Shown piece after piece: positions 7,507-16,662 of a DNA stretch of 23,408 bases. A program made the position numbers and the translations under genes. Position 1 is the first letter of the stretch. Each line of letters begins with the position of its first letter. This stretch comes from Promethearchaeia archaeon (GTDB lineage Archaea > Asgardarchaeota > Lokiarchaeia > Sigyniarchaeales > SOKP01). Location: positions 1 through 23,408 of the forward strand of contig JAHQWL010000071.1 in NCBI GenBank assembly GCA_029856155.1, read 5' to 3'. The notes under the pieces are model-generated. The model did not search any database. It was given only the letters and a program-made list of their open reading frames with translations, and was not told where the DNA came from.

Positions 7507-8874
7507 TTATTCTTCTTGTTTGTCTTTTTTGATTTTTTCTACTTTTGATTCAAATTTTTTAACAATAGTTTTTGCTTCAGTTTTAATATTAATTCGGTGT
7601 GTATCAATTTCCCGTTGTTCTTCGATTTTATCCGCTTGTTTTTCAACAAGAGTAGAAATCTTTTCAGCAGGACCTTCCAAATCAGGATGTATCTCCTTTC
7701 GTTGAGCAAGACTTTCTTTCTGACGATCAATAATAAAAGCCTTTTCTCCTATGGATTTCTCAATTTTTTCACTAGCACCTTCTATATCTGCATGTATCTC
7801 TTTTCGTTGAGCAAGACTTTCTTTCTGACGATCAATAATAAAAGCCTTTTCTCCTATGGATTTCTCAATTTTTTCACTAGCACCTTCTATATCTGCATGT
7901 ATCTCTTTTCGTTGAGCAAGACTTTCTTTCTGACGATCAATAATAAAAGCCTTTTCTCCTATGGATTTCTCAATTTTTTCACTAGCACCTTCTATATCTG
8001 CATGTATCTCTTTTCGTTGAGCAAGACTTTCTTTCTGACGATCAATAATAAAAGCTTTTTCCCCTATAGATTTCTCAATTTTTTCACTAGCACCTTCAAT
8101 ATCTGGATTTATCTCAATACGCTTTTCATCAATTTCACGTTGCTTTTCTACACGAAACGCTTTCTCTCCAATAGTTTTTTTAATTTTCTCTGCTGTACTT
8201 TCTATATCTGGATGTAATTCCATAAGATGCTGATCTAGTTCACGTTGTTTTTCTACGCGAAATATTTTCTCTCCAATTGATTTTTCTATTTTCTCTGCTG
8301 TACTTTCTATATCTGGATGTAATTCCATAAGATGCTGATCTAGTTCACGTTGTTTTTCTACGCGAAACGCTTTCTCTCCAATGAATTTTTCTAATTTTTC
8401 ACTAGTACTCTCCAAATCTGGATGGATACCAACTCGTTGCTCATCTAATTCCTTTCGTTTTATTACGTGGAAAGCTTTCTCTCCAATAGATTTTTCAATT
8501 TTCTCTGCTGTACCTTCGATATCTGGATGTAATTCCATACGATACTCATCTAATTCACGTTGTTTTTCTATTCGAAACGCTTTCTCCCCTACAGAACTTT
8601 CTATTTTTTCTCTCGTTCCAACAATATCTGGTTTGAGGTCTTTTAATTGAGCTGTAGTTTCTTTTTGAATATTAATTCTGAATGCTTTCTCGTCTATCAA
8701 ATTTAATATATGTTCTTTTCCTTCTGTAAATGATTTTTTCCTTTCTTCTTCAATACTTTTTAAATAAGCTTCTCTTTCTTCTTTTTCTTTCTTATAGAGG
8801 TCATCAACAAGTTTCTTTTGTTTTTCTATCTCATCAAGAGATAAAGGTTTTTCATTTTCACCCAATATACTCAC
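7507..8874 (-). CDS. Highly charged protein built from tandem 35-aa repeats, function unknown
   Basis: 455 aa: 60-aa leader, 10 clear plus 1 degenerate 35-aa units, 10-aa tail. No TM segment or signal peptide. GTG start. Confidence 0.85.
   Translation of the reverse strand: MSILGENEKPLSLDEIEKQKKLVDDLYKKEKEEREAYLKSIEEERKKSFTEGKEHILNLIDEKAFRINIQKETTAQLKDLKPDIVGTREKIESSVGEKAFRIEKQRELDEYRMELHPDIEGTAEKIEKSIGEKAFHVIKRKELDEQRVGIHPDLESTSEKLEKFIGEKAFRVEKQRELDQHLMELHPDIESTAEKIEKSIGEKIFRVEKQRELDQHLMELHPDIESTAEKIKKTIGEKAFRVEKQREIDEKRIEINPDIEGASEKIEKSIGEKAFIIDRQKESLAQRKEIHADIEGASEKIEKSIGEKAFIIDRQKESLAQRKEIHADIEGASEKIEKSIGEKAFIIDRQKESLAQRKEIHADIEGASEKIEKSIGEKAFIIDRQKESLAQRKEIHPDLEGPAEKISTLVEKQADKIEEQREIDTHRINIKTEAKTIVKKFESKVEKIKKDKQEE
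7540..8694 (-). repeat. Intragenic tandem repeat, 105-bp period, ~11 units
   Basis: ttttcgttgagcaagactttc recurs at 7801, 7906 and 8011. Units 7-10 (7645-8064) are nearly identical, and units 4-5 are nearly identical to each other. Confidence 0.95.
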
Positions 8875-9010
8875 TTTTAAAAATTATCGAGATTTTTTAC
8901 ATATAATATCAAAATTCTTATTTAATAATTTTTATGTTTATTCTATAAATAAGTTTTAAACTAAAGGAATCAGAATATTTTTTAGTAAAAAATAGCAGAG
9001 TTTAAACTAA

Positions 9011-9760
9011 TTATTTTATAGGAATGGGCTCAAAAGAATCATCAGAAATGTGATCCATGAGACTTAGCATTGTTAATTTCATTGTAAGCATTTCCATAAC
9101 TTCCAATTCTAATTTCTTTGATTTTTCAGAATCTATTGATAAGTTATGTTTGGTAATTAAATTTCTAAATTCTTGTTTTAAATTTTTATACGACTCATCT
9201 TGGTTATCTAAACTTATATCTTGATTTTTTAACCAGGCATCAATTTCATTTTTGATATGGACATCTATACCATTACCTATATAATAAGCGACTTCAACTT
9301 CTTTTAGATCATCTAAATTATTAAGATAATCTTGATCCTGATACATAGGTTTAATTAAAAATCCGAGATTTATAATTAAAGGCTCTATTTGAAGTTTTTC
9401 TAACGAATCTACTAGAAATTCTAACACTTTATCTTTATAATTTAATTTAGAATAATTAATGTATTCTTGGACAAAATGCATAATTGAATTTTTTACTAAT
9501 AATTCTTCAAATTCAAAGATAGAATCGGGTTTAATTTCAAGAGTATTATTAATACAGTTGTATAATGAGTTATTAAAGGGTTTGTTATCTTTAAACATTG
9601 AAAATTTGTTTATGAAACTCAGAATTTCGCTAATAATTTCGAGCTTGTTCTCATCGGGCTCCGAGTTATAATATTGATTAATATTTCGTTCTAAATCGAA
9701 ATTCTCATCAGAAATTGATAAGAGTTGCTTTATTTCAGAATATAAAGAACTAAAATCCAC
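9011..9760 (-). CDS. Hypothetical acidic, helical protein
   Basis: 249-aa ORF with normal composition, GTG start and a TATA-like box about 25 nt upstream. No motif recognised. Confidence 0.8.
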   Translation of the reverse strand: MDFSSLYSEIKQLLSISDENFDLERNINQYYNSEPDENKLEIISEILSFINKFSMFKDNKPFNNSLYNCINNTLEIKPDSIFEFEELLVKNSIMHFVQEYINYSKLNYKDKVLEFLVDSLEKLQIEPLIINLGFLIKPMYQDQDYLNNLDDLKEVEVAYYIGNGIDVHIKNEIDAWLKNQDISLDNQDESYKNLKQEFRNLITKHNLSIDSEKSKKLELEVMEMLTMKLTMLSLMDHISDDSFEPIPIK

Positions 9761-9805
9761 AATAATGTATTTGTTAAATATATTTAAAAAAATTTATTTT
9801 ATTCT

Positions 9806-9825
9806 AAAAAAAAATTAAAAAAAAA
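9806..9825 (-). terminator. Oligo-T terminator after the DUF362 gene
   Basis: Two T9 tracts on the minus strand directly after the stop codon at 9826. Confidence 0.55.
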
Positions 9826-11166
9826 TTAAAAAGCTGTGGTTATTAAGGCTTTTGTACCTTGCTTCTGGGCTTCTTGAATAAGTTCCATTACTTTTTCAGA
9901 TGATAAATTAGGTACTAAATCTAGAGCACTCATACCAGATAATCTTAATTCAGCAGTAATAGTGTCTGCAAGGTTGTTACAGTCTCCTGAAAAAAATACT
10001 TTCCTTCTCCCAAATTCTTTCCTTAATTTTTGTCCAACCTCTTCGATTGCGCAATATCCTGCCACAAGTCCTTTTGTATATCCTTCTTTTTTTAACTGAT
10101 TAATTAAATCCTCATCATGACCTTTACCCATTATAAGAAACCAACCACCATTAAATTTATCGGGAATATCATAAGCTAAAACTTGTAAAAATATTAAAGG
10201 ATTGTTTTGACAGCCTTCTCTGCATAATAATTCTTTACCTTTTATAATTCTAACATTCTCAGGAAATTTTTGAATAAGATCCCACTCATACTTTTTTTTA
10301 TATTGTTCTAAATCTTTTCCCATAACCTTAATTTTATTTAAATCCCCTTCACCCAATTCATGTTCATATGCGATTTTTAAATGAGGAACATCATCAATTT
10401 CGAATCCAAATAATCTTGCTCCTACAACATCTACGGCTAATGTATCTCTCCCCCCAATAAGGACATTGAATGGTATAACGAGTTTTTTTTCCCAAACCGT
10501 TGGAGGATAATGTCCGTGTATAATACCTTCAGTACCATCTATTATTGTAACATCTGGTTTAATTAGTTCAAATACTTCTACTAACTTTGAATGTAAATTA
10601 TAATTGTGATCTTTACCTCGATCTGCATGTTGGGGGAAGCCCCATTGATTCTTAATTCCCAATGTAACAACTGCCATGCTATGCGTTTTCAATTTTGGTA
10701 AATTAATGTATGTGACAGAATCTCTATTGTCAATAATATAGGCAATTGTTGTTGGTAATCTATAAGTTTTTAAATTATAACCCTTTGGATCTTCCGTTGT
10801 TGATGCCTTATATTTGAATTCATAAGTTTTGGTATCTTCTTCATCTAAATATATTATTTTTGCTTTATTTTTTTCACAGATTTCTTTATAACCGGTAATT
10901 TCAAATACAATTCTCGTTAAATTACCTTGCGTGGAGTTTTCCATTACAAAAACTTCGGCACCTTTTTTTTTCAAATAAAGAATAACAGCTTCCAAAACTT
11001 CAGGGGATGTATAAGTGTGTTTCTTAAAATCAATGCCATTAACTTTAAGATATACATTATTCGATTTTTTGATTAAAGGTTGTTCATTTTTCTCAATATG
11101 AGCAAAAATCTGATTTACCGCAGATTTAATCCCTTGATTTGTATCTTCAATATAAACTACTGTCAT
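9826..11166 (-). CDS. DUF362 domain-containing protein with C-terminal Cys cluster (probable Fe-S protein)
   Basis: VYLKVN, TSPEVLEAVI, INLPKLKTH...VTLGIKNQWG, IIDG..G..G..P, D.LAVD.V.ARL.G, and C-terminal CREGC / GYCA / GDC. Confidence 0.85.
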   Translation of the reverse strand: MTVVYIEDTNQGIKSAVNQIFAHIEKNEQPLIKKSNNVYLKVNGIDFKKHTYTSPEVLEAVILYLKKKGAEVFVMENSTQGNLTRIVFEITGYKEICEKNKAKIIYLDEEDTKTYEFKYKASTTEDPKGYNLKTYRLPTTIAYIIDNRDSVTYINLPKLKTHSMAVVTLGIKNQWGFPQHADRGKDHNYNLHSKLVEVFELIKPDVTIIDGTEGIIHGHYPPTVWEKKLVIPFNVLIGGRDTLAVDVVGARLFGFEIDDVPHLKIAYEHELGEGDLNKIKVMGKDLEQYKKKYEWDLIQKFPENVRIIKGKELLCREGCQNNPLIFLQVLAYDIPDKFNGGWFLIMGKGHDEDLINQLKKEGYTKGLVAGYCAIEEVGQKLRKEFGRRKVFFSGDCNNLADTITAELRLSGMSALDLVPNLSSEKVMELIQEAQKQGTKALITTAF

Positions 11167-11470
11167 AATTTTTCAAAATTTATTTAACTTTTATATTTTA
11201 TATTTTAACTCTTTTTCGTTATTTCTAATTATATTAATTTTATAAGACCAGAACGAGATAAAGAGTAATTTAGGTTTGAGGACAGATATTATCTTCTTTT
11301 GGACTTTTCAGAATAGGCTATCTTCTATTTCAAATTAGACAGAGCAATTTATTTACCAAAATCTTAGCGTTTTCTAAAAATAAGTGAAGATAAATATTGA
11401 TTTTTATTATTTACTTTCTTTAGTTCATACTTTTGAATCTATAGAGCTTTTTAATTGAGAGTTATATTTG

Positions 11471-11480
11471 GACATATGTC
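11471..11480. promoter_or_regulatory. Perfect palindrome GACATATGTC, candidate PadR operator
   Basis: 10-bp palindrome about 14 nt upstream of a BRE/TATA-like AAAGTTTAAATA (11491-11502) in front of the PadR gene. Confidence 0.35.
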
Positions 11481-11570
11481 AGATTACAATAAAGTTTAAA
11501 TAGAAGTCTTTTTTTAATATAATTAAAAATAACTTTAATCAATTTTACTAATTTTTAAGTGATATAAAAA

Positions 11571-12302
11571 GTGTTTAAAAAAGATATAGATCATTTCAGG
11601 TCTGAACAACCATATAGATTTATGGGACAAGGACCACCTGACCATCATGGATCTCCACATCACCCTCCTTTTGGTGGTATTCCACCCTTTGGTTCATTTC
11701 CACAATTTCTAAAGGGTTCTTTCAAACCTCCTTTACCAATAGGTAGAGAATCATTTCAAGAAATAAGAGATTTTATAGTTTTATTAATTATTTCTGAGTA
11801 TCCTAATGGGGTTACTGGCTATCAATTGCAAGACAAATATAATTTTCCAAGAGGAACCCTAATAAGAACCCTACAGGAATTAGAGGATAAGAAATATTTA
11901 ATATCTAAAGAGGAAATAATAGAAGGACGAGCAAATAAATTCTTTATAACGACGGAACTAGGAAGAAAATTTCTAGAAGAATTGAAACTGAAATGGGCAA
12001 ATTTATTTAGCATGATGTCAGAGATATCACCCTCTAAAGGGTTAAGATTAATTTTATTAGAAAAAATAAAAGAATTTGATTCGAAAGATGATGCAATTGA
12101 TTTTTTTAGGGGGTTAAGATCTTGGATGAAGGGAATGCTTCAGCAAATAGAAAAGAGAATTGAAAATTTTAAAGACAGTAAAGAGGATTTAGACAGACTA
12201 ATTGAGGAAATTGACAAGATGGATGCCTTAGATAAAGATAAAATAATAGAAATGGTTGAAGAATCAATCAAGAAAAGAGAAGAATATGAAAACAATGATT
12301 AA
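11571..12302 (+). CDS. PadR-family winged-helix transcriptional regulator
   Basis: FIVLLIISE...VTGYQL......RGTL.RTL.ELE...YL......GR..KFF..TELGR..L..L..KW, plus a C-terminal helical domain and a Pro/His/Gly-rich N-terminal arm. GTG start. Confidence 0.85.
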   Translation: MFKKDIDHFRSEQPYRFMGQGPPDHHGSPHHPPFGGIPPFGSFPQFLKGSFKPPLPIGRESFQEIRDFIVLLIISEYPNGVTGYQLQDKYNFPRGTLIRTLQELEDKKYLISKEEIIEGRANKFFITTELGRKFLEELKLKWANLFSMMSEISPSKGLRLILLEKIKEFDSKDDAIDFFRGLRSWMKGMLQQIEKRIENFKDSKEDLDRLIEEIDKMDALDKDKIIEMVEESIKKREEYENND

Positions 12303-12318
12303 GGACGAGGAAAAAACA

Positions 12319-13422
12319 ATGATGAAAATTCAAGAAAAAGCAATTCCAAAAAAACCAATTATTGACAGGTCTGAAGTAGTTATCAAACTAGAAAATTTAA
12401 CAAAGAAATTTGGTAATTTAACTGCTGTTAAAAATATAAACCTAGAAGTTTATAGAGGGGAAACTATAGGATTAGTTGGTCCTAATGGGGCAGGGAAAAC
12501 CACAACAATTAAAATGATTGCGAAAATACTAAGGCCAAATTCTGGGAGAATTCTTATTAGGACTAATCATAGCGAATTACAAGATTTAGCAAAAATATCA
12601 AGAACTATTAGCCAGATGGGATTTTTAATAGATATTCCCGCTTTTTACAATATGACTGCTTATCAATTATTAAGATATTTCGCAAACATCCAAAATTACC
12701 CTAAAGATAAAATCGATCAAAGAATAGATGAGCTTTTAGAACGCTTCAAGCTCTCTGAATGGAAATTTGAACCCGTAAAAAATTTTTCTAAAGGAATGAC
12801 TCAGAAGATAGGAATTATTCAAGCAATTATCCATGATCCAGAGATAATAATATTAGATGAACCCCAAACTGGCTTGGATCCATTAGCACGTGTTGAAATA
12901 CGGAAATATATCCGAGAACTTCAATCACAAGGAAAAACAATATTTGTTGCTTCCCATATGTTGTATGAAATATCAGAAGTATGTGACAAAATCGCTTTAA
13001 TTAATTATGGTTCTATAATTGGGTTTGATACAGTAGAGAATTTAGCTCTTACGTTAAAGACTAGTGAATTAAATTGCGAATTACTAAATTCAATTAATGC
13101 AAGTGAATTAGAAAGGTTAATAGATCGGTTAGCTGAAAGCCTTGATCCCTATCTAGACAAGAACTTAGATCCCATGATTTCGAAAATTCCAGTGAAGTAT
13201 TATCCTGAACAACAAGGGTTTAAAATTTTTTATGATGGAAAAAATGAATCAAAAGGAGAAATTTTGAAGATTCTTGTAAAGGAATTCGAATCAGATTTCA
13301 CAGTTGTCTCATTTACTCAGCCAAAAACATCTCTCCTAGAAAGAGTTTATGCAGAAATGGTAAAAGACAATGATGCAAAAAAGAAAAGTATATTAAGTGG
13401 AGGTTTAGTGAAAAATGAATAA
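12319..13422 (+). CDS. ABC-2 type exporter ATP-binding protein
   Basis: Walker A GPNGAGKTT, signature FSKGM, Walker B ILDEP, H-loop ASH. Start uncertain: ATG 12319 follows GAGG; ATGs at 12286 and 12295 are also in frame. Confidence 0.93.
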   Translation: MMKIQEKAIPKKPIIDRSEVVIKLENLTKKFGNLTAVKNINLEVYRGETIGLVGPNGAGKTTTIKMIAKILRPNSGRILIRTNHSELQDLAKISRTISQMGFLIDIPAFYNMTAYQLLRYFANIQNYPKDKIDQRIDELLERFKLSEWKFEPVKNFSKGMTQKIGIIQAIIHDPEIIILDEPQTGLDPLARVEIRKYIRELQSQGKTIFVASHMLYEISEVCDKIALINYGSIIGFDTVENLALTLKTSELNCELLNSINASELERLIDRLAESLDPYLDKNLDPMISKIPVKYYPEQQGFKIFYDGKNESKGEILKILVKEFESDFTVVSFTQPKTSLLERVYAEMVKDNDAKKKSILSGGLVKNE

Positions 13423-14269
13423 TACAAAAGAAAATCTTACTGGAATAAAGCCAATTTTATACACCATTGTATTTGAAATAAAAAAACAAAGAAAGAAATT
13501 TTATTTCTTTTCAGTAATTGCAATCATTATTGCGGTTTTATTGGGGTATATCCTGCAATTAATCCCTAGTTTCCTTCTATCAGATACACAAGCAGAGTTC
13601 TTTAATACTGGTCTACAATTTATTTCATTCTTAACTCTATTTGCGGCGTGTTTGTTTTTCTCAGGTATAATTTGTTCTGAATTTGATAAAAAAACGGGTT
13701 TTATTGTTTTTCCTAAAATAAACAAATATAAATTGATCCTAGGAAAATATTTTGGAAATTTATCTCTAGTAGTTGCAATTGTTACAATTTACTATTTTAT
13801 CTTAGGATTTCTAGGATTTTTCTATTATGGTGGACCAATTAACATTCGATTCTTTTATTCATATGGTGTTGCGATATTATATGTAATAGCATTAAGTAGC
13901 TTTGTAACATTTTTTAGCTCGTTTATGAGAAGTGTAAATCTTACAATCATATCAACCCTAATAATTCTCCTTATTGGATTTACTATCGTTGATCAGATTG
14001 TGACATTGATATTTGCGGAAAATTTTGAACCTTTATACTCTTTAGCATATTTAGGTTCTCTCATAACTGGGATACTCGAATATCCTTTTCCAGATCCGAG
14101 ATTTTCTGAATTTTCATTTAGTGGTATGGGACCCGGCGGTATGGGAGGGGATTTTACGTTCGGCCAATGGGTAACGCCTAGTATTGCAGCGGGAATTACA
14201 TTACTACTTGTTTTTATAGTTGTTTATTTTGTATTAGCAGCATATTTATTCAAACGGAGGCAATTATAG
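13415..14269 (+). CDS. ABC-2 type permease
   Basis: About six TM segments, ICSEFDKKTG..V.P..NKY.LILGKY motif, C-terminal F.RRQL. 8-nt overlap with the ATPase stop. Confidence 0.9.
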   Translation: MNNTKENLTGIKPILYTIVFEIKKQRKKFYFFSVIAIIIAVLLGYILQLIPSFLLSDTQAEFFNTGLQFISFLTLFAACLFFSGIICSEFDKKTGFIVFPKINKYKLILGKYFGNLSLVVAIVTIYYFILGFLGFFYYGGPINIRFFYSYGVAILYVIALSSFVTFFSSFMRSVNLTIISTLIILLIGFTIVDQIVTLIFAENFEPLYSLAYLGSLITGILEYPFPDPRFSEFSFSGMGPGGMGGDFTFGQWVTPSIAAGITLLLVFIVVYFVLAAYLFKRRQL

Positions 14270-14270
14270 A

Positions 14271-15245
14271 ATGAAGAAAAATACTAAAATTAGCATAATT
14301 GGAGTATCGCTTCTCGGCATAATTTTCTTGGGAATGTTTTCAACTATTAGTATTGCTAATGGGAATTATAATATTGCTTTAACTAAAGGTACCGAGATGT
14401 TTACAGTTGCTCAGTATGATGAAGCTGCTTGGAAAACCACAGTTAATTCATCCACGACACCTTCAAATTGGTTCGAAGGAGATTCAAATCATACTGGAGC
14501 GAAAAGTAAATACACAATTAAAGGCTGGAATTATGTTACTTGGGAATTTTATGATGTATTTGTTTCATTATTTTTACCAGCAATTTTCGAATTTGAAGAA
14601 CTTTTCCTATTATTAGGGGTAATGAATGGTCTAGGATATAATGAAACCACTATAAACACTAATTACACAAATAGCTACAATCTATGGGTTGGTCTACGCG
14701 CTGTATGGAATTTTACGATTGGAAGTTTTGAAGAAGACCCTACAAATGCAAATGATCCACTTTTAATATTCCAGAATCCAACGGATTTCGATGACATTCT
14801 TAATAGCTATAATAATTTATCAGCAGAACTAAATAGCCTTTTCGCGATTATATCTCCAAAAATTAGCTTTCCAATCTTAGAACCAGATGAATTTTTATGG
14901 TTATTTATCTTCAAAGGACTCACATTAGGTACTCCCTTTAGTTCATATTTAGAAGAACTAATTACAGCACTCGATTGTAAAAATGCAACGGTTAGCAATA
15001 ATGTTCTTACAATAAACCGGACTGGCGAATCAGATTATACTGTAGAAATTGCTTATGGTTCTGAAGGGATAATGTCTTCATTTGTCGTAAAAGATGTTGG
15101 GAGTAGTATAATATACCAGATTATTAGTAAAAATTCAGATTTGGTCTTTTATACGATAATCATCATATTAATAATTTGTATTGGAAGCTTAGGTGCTTAT
15201 TTAATATTCAGAAAACGGAAGATAAACAGAATAAGAAATAAATAA
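14271..15245 (+). CDS. Secreted, C-terminally membrane-anchored glycoprotein
   Basis: Signal peptide (MKKNTK + hydrophobic stretch), 8 N-x-S/T sequons, C-terminal TM helix and basic tail RKRK. Confidence 0.82.
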   Translation: MKKNTKISIIGVSLLGIIFLGMFSTISIANGNYNIALTKGTEMFTVAQYDEAAWKTTVNSSTTPSNWFEGDSNHTGAKSKYTIKGWNYVTWEFYDVFVSLFLPAIFEFEELFLLLGVMNGLGYNETTINTNYTNSYNLWVGLRAVWNFTIGSFEEDPTNANDPLLIFQNPTDFDDILNSYNNLSAELNSLFAIISPKISFPILEPDEFLWLFIFKGLTLGTPFSSYLEELITALDCKNATVSNNVLTINRTGESDYTVEIAYGSEGIMSSFVVKDVGSSIIYQIISKNSDLVFYTIIIILIICIGSLGAYLIFRKRKINRIRNK

Positions 15246-15251
15246 TTCCAA

Positions 15252-15264
15252 TTTTTTTTTTTTT
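15252..15264 (+). terminator. T13 terminator ending the first transcription unit of the ABC cluster
   Basis: Thirteen T residues starting 7 nt after the stop at 15245. Confidence 0.6.
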
Positions 15265-15333
15265 AATTATAAAAAAGTTAAAACCATTATTAGAAAAGTA
15301 TTATTGTAATGAAAAATTAACCTATGAGAGAAT

Positions 15334-16656
15334 ATGACTGAAAATATAATCGAAGTAAAGAATCTAACAAAGATCTATGAACAAGGGAATGTATTAGCTG
15401 CAGATGACATTAATATCAGTATAAAGAAAGGTGAAATTTTTGCTTTATTAGGTCCTAATGGTGCAGGGAAAACTACTACAATTAGTATTTTAGCTACATT
15501 ATTATCTTCTACAAATGGTAAAGCATATGTAAATAATTATGACGTAAGTAAAGATCCCGGTAAAGTTAGAAAAAGTATTGGTATTGTTTTTCAAGAACCA
15601 TCCTCAGATGGGGATATGACAGGTTGGGAGAATTTAGAATTACATGCCGTTCTCTATGGGATGCCTAAAAAGGAGAGACAAGATAAAATACGTGAAGTAT
15701 TAAAATTAGTGGATCTTGATGATAAAGCAGATATTTTTGTTAAAAATTATTCTGGGGGGATGAAAAGACGCTTAGAAATCGCACGTGGATTGATTCATGA
15801 ACCAAAAGTTCTTTTTTTGGATGAACCCACTTTAGGATTAGATCCTCAAACACGCAGAAAAATATGGGAAAAAATCAAAGAATTAAATCAGAGCGACTCA
15901 AAAATGACAATCTTAATCACTACCCATTACATGGAAGAAGCGGATGAATTAGCAGATAGAATATGTATCATGGACCATGGAAAGATTATTGCAATGGACA
16001 CCTCTGAAAACCTTAAAAACCAATTATCTGGAGATGTCATAGATATTAAATTTGAAAATCTTGATGAACCCTTTAAGATTTCTATAGTGATAAGGCAAGT
16101 TAAAGAGATTCCGGGAGTAAAAAATGTTACTATAGGTTCATCTGAAGACCAACAAGATATAATGCCTAATATACAATTACCTAAAGGTATGCCCAATGTC
16201 GATCCTGCAATGATACAAGCAAGGATACGAGAAACTATGTCAGACCCTAAGAAATTGATAGAGGCTTGGAAAAGAATGCCGATGTCAATTGGAATGTTTC
16301 TAAATGCTCCGTTGGTAATGAAAAAAAAAATCGCAAACATGTTTGATAACAAACTATTGGAAGAAGTTCCAGATAATATTAAACAAGAACTTATAAAGAT
16401 AAAGAAGGGAGAATATGAAGAAGAAGAGGAATTAGATCCTTCCATATCGATTTCTTGCGAAAATGGTGGAAAACAATTACCATTGATTATTCAAAAAATC
16501 AGTGATAACAAATTAAATATAAAAACAGTGCATATGCATCAGCCAACCTTGGAAGATGTATTCCTACATTATGTAGGAACTGCAATAAGAGAGGAATCTT
16601 CAAATTTTTCAAAAGATGTAAAAAAAATGATTCAAATGAGGCAATTAAGGAAGTGA
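15334..16656 (+). CDS. DrrA-type ABC ATP-binding protein with ~100-aa insertion in the C-terminal domain
   Basis: GPNGAGKTT, YSGGMKRRLEIARGL, FLDEPTLGLDPQTR, TTHYMEEAD, C-terminal PTLEDVFL. Confidence 0.94.
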   Translation: MTENIIEVKNLTKIYEQGNVLAADDINISIKKGEIFALLGPNGAGKTTTISILATLLSSTNGKAYVNNYDVSKDPGKVRKSIGIVFQEPSSDGDMTGWENLELHAVLYGMPKKERQDKIREVLKLVDLDDKADIFVKNYSGGMKRRLEIARGLIHEPKVLFLDEPTLGLDPQTRRKIWEKIKELNQSDSKMTILITTHYMEEADELADRICIMDHGKIIAMDTSENLKNQLSGDVIDIKFENLDEPFKISIVIRQVKEIPGVKNVTIGSSEDQQDIMPNIQLPKGMPNVDPAMIQARIRETMSDPKKLIEAWKRMPMSIGMFLNAPLVMKKKIANMFDNKLLEEVPDNIKQELIKIKKGEYEEEEELDPSISISCENGGKQLPLIIQKISDNKLNIKTVHMHQPTLEDVFLHYVGTAIREESSNFSKDVKKMIQMRQLRK

Positions 16657-16662
16657 TGATAA

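Noticed and set aside
7540-8694. Tandem array as a CRISPR array
   Set aside because: The period is 105 bp (a multiple of 3), there are no unique spacers, it lies wholly inside an ORF, and no cas genes are nearby.
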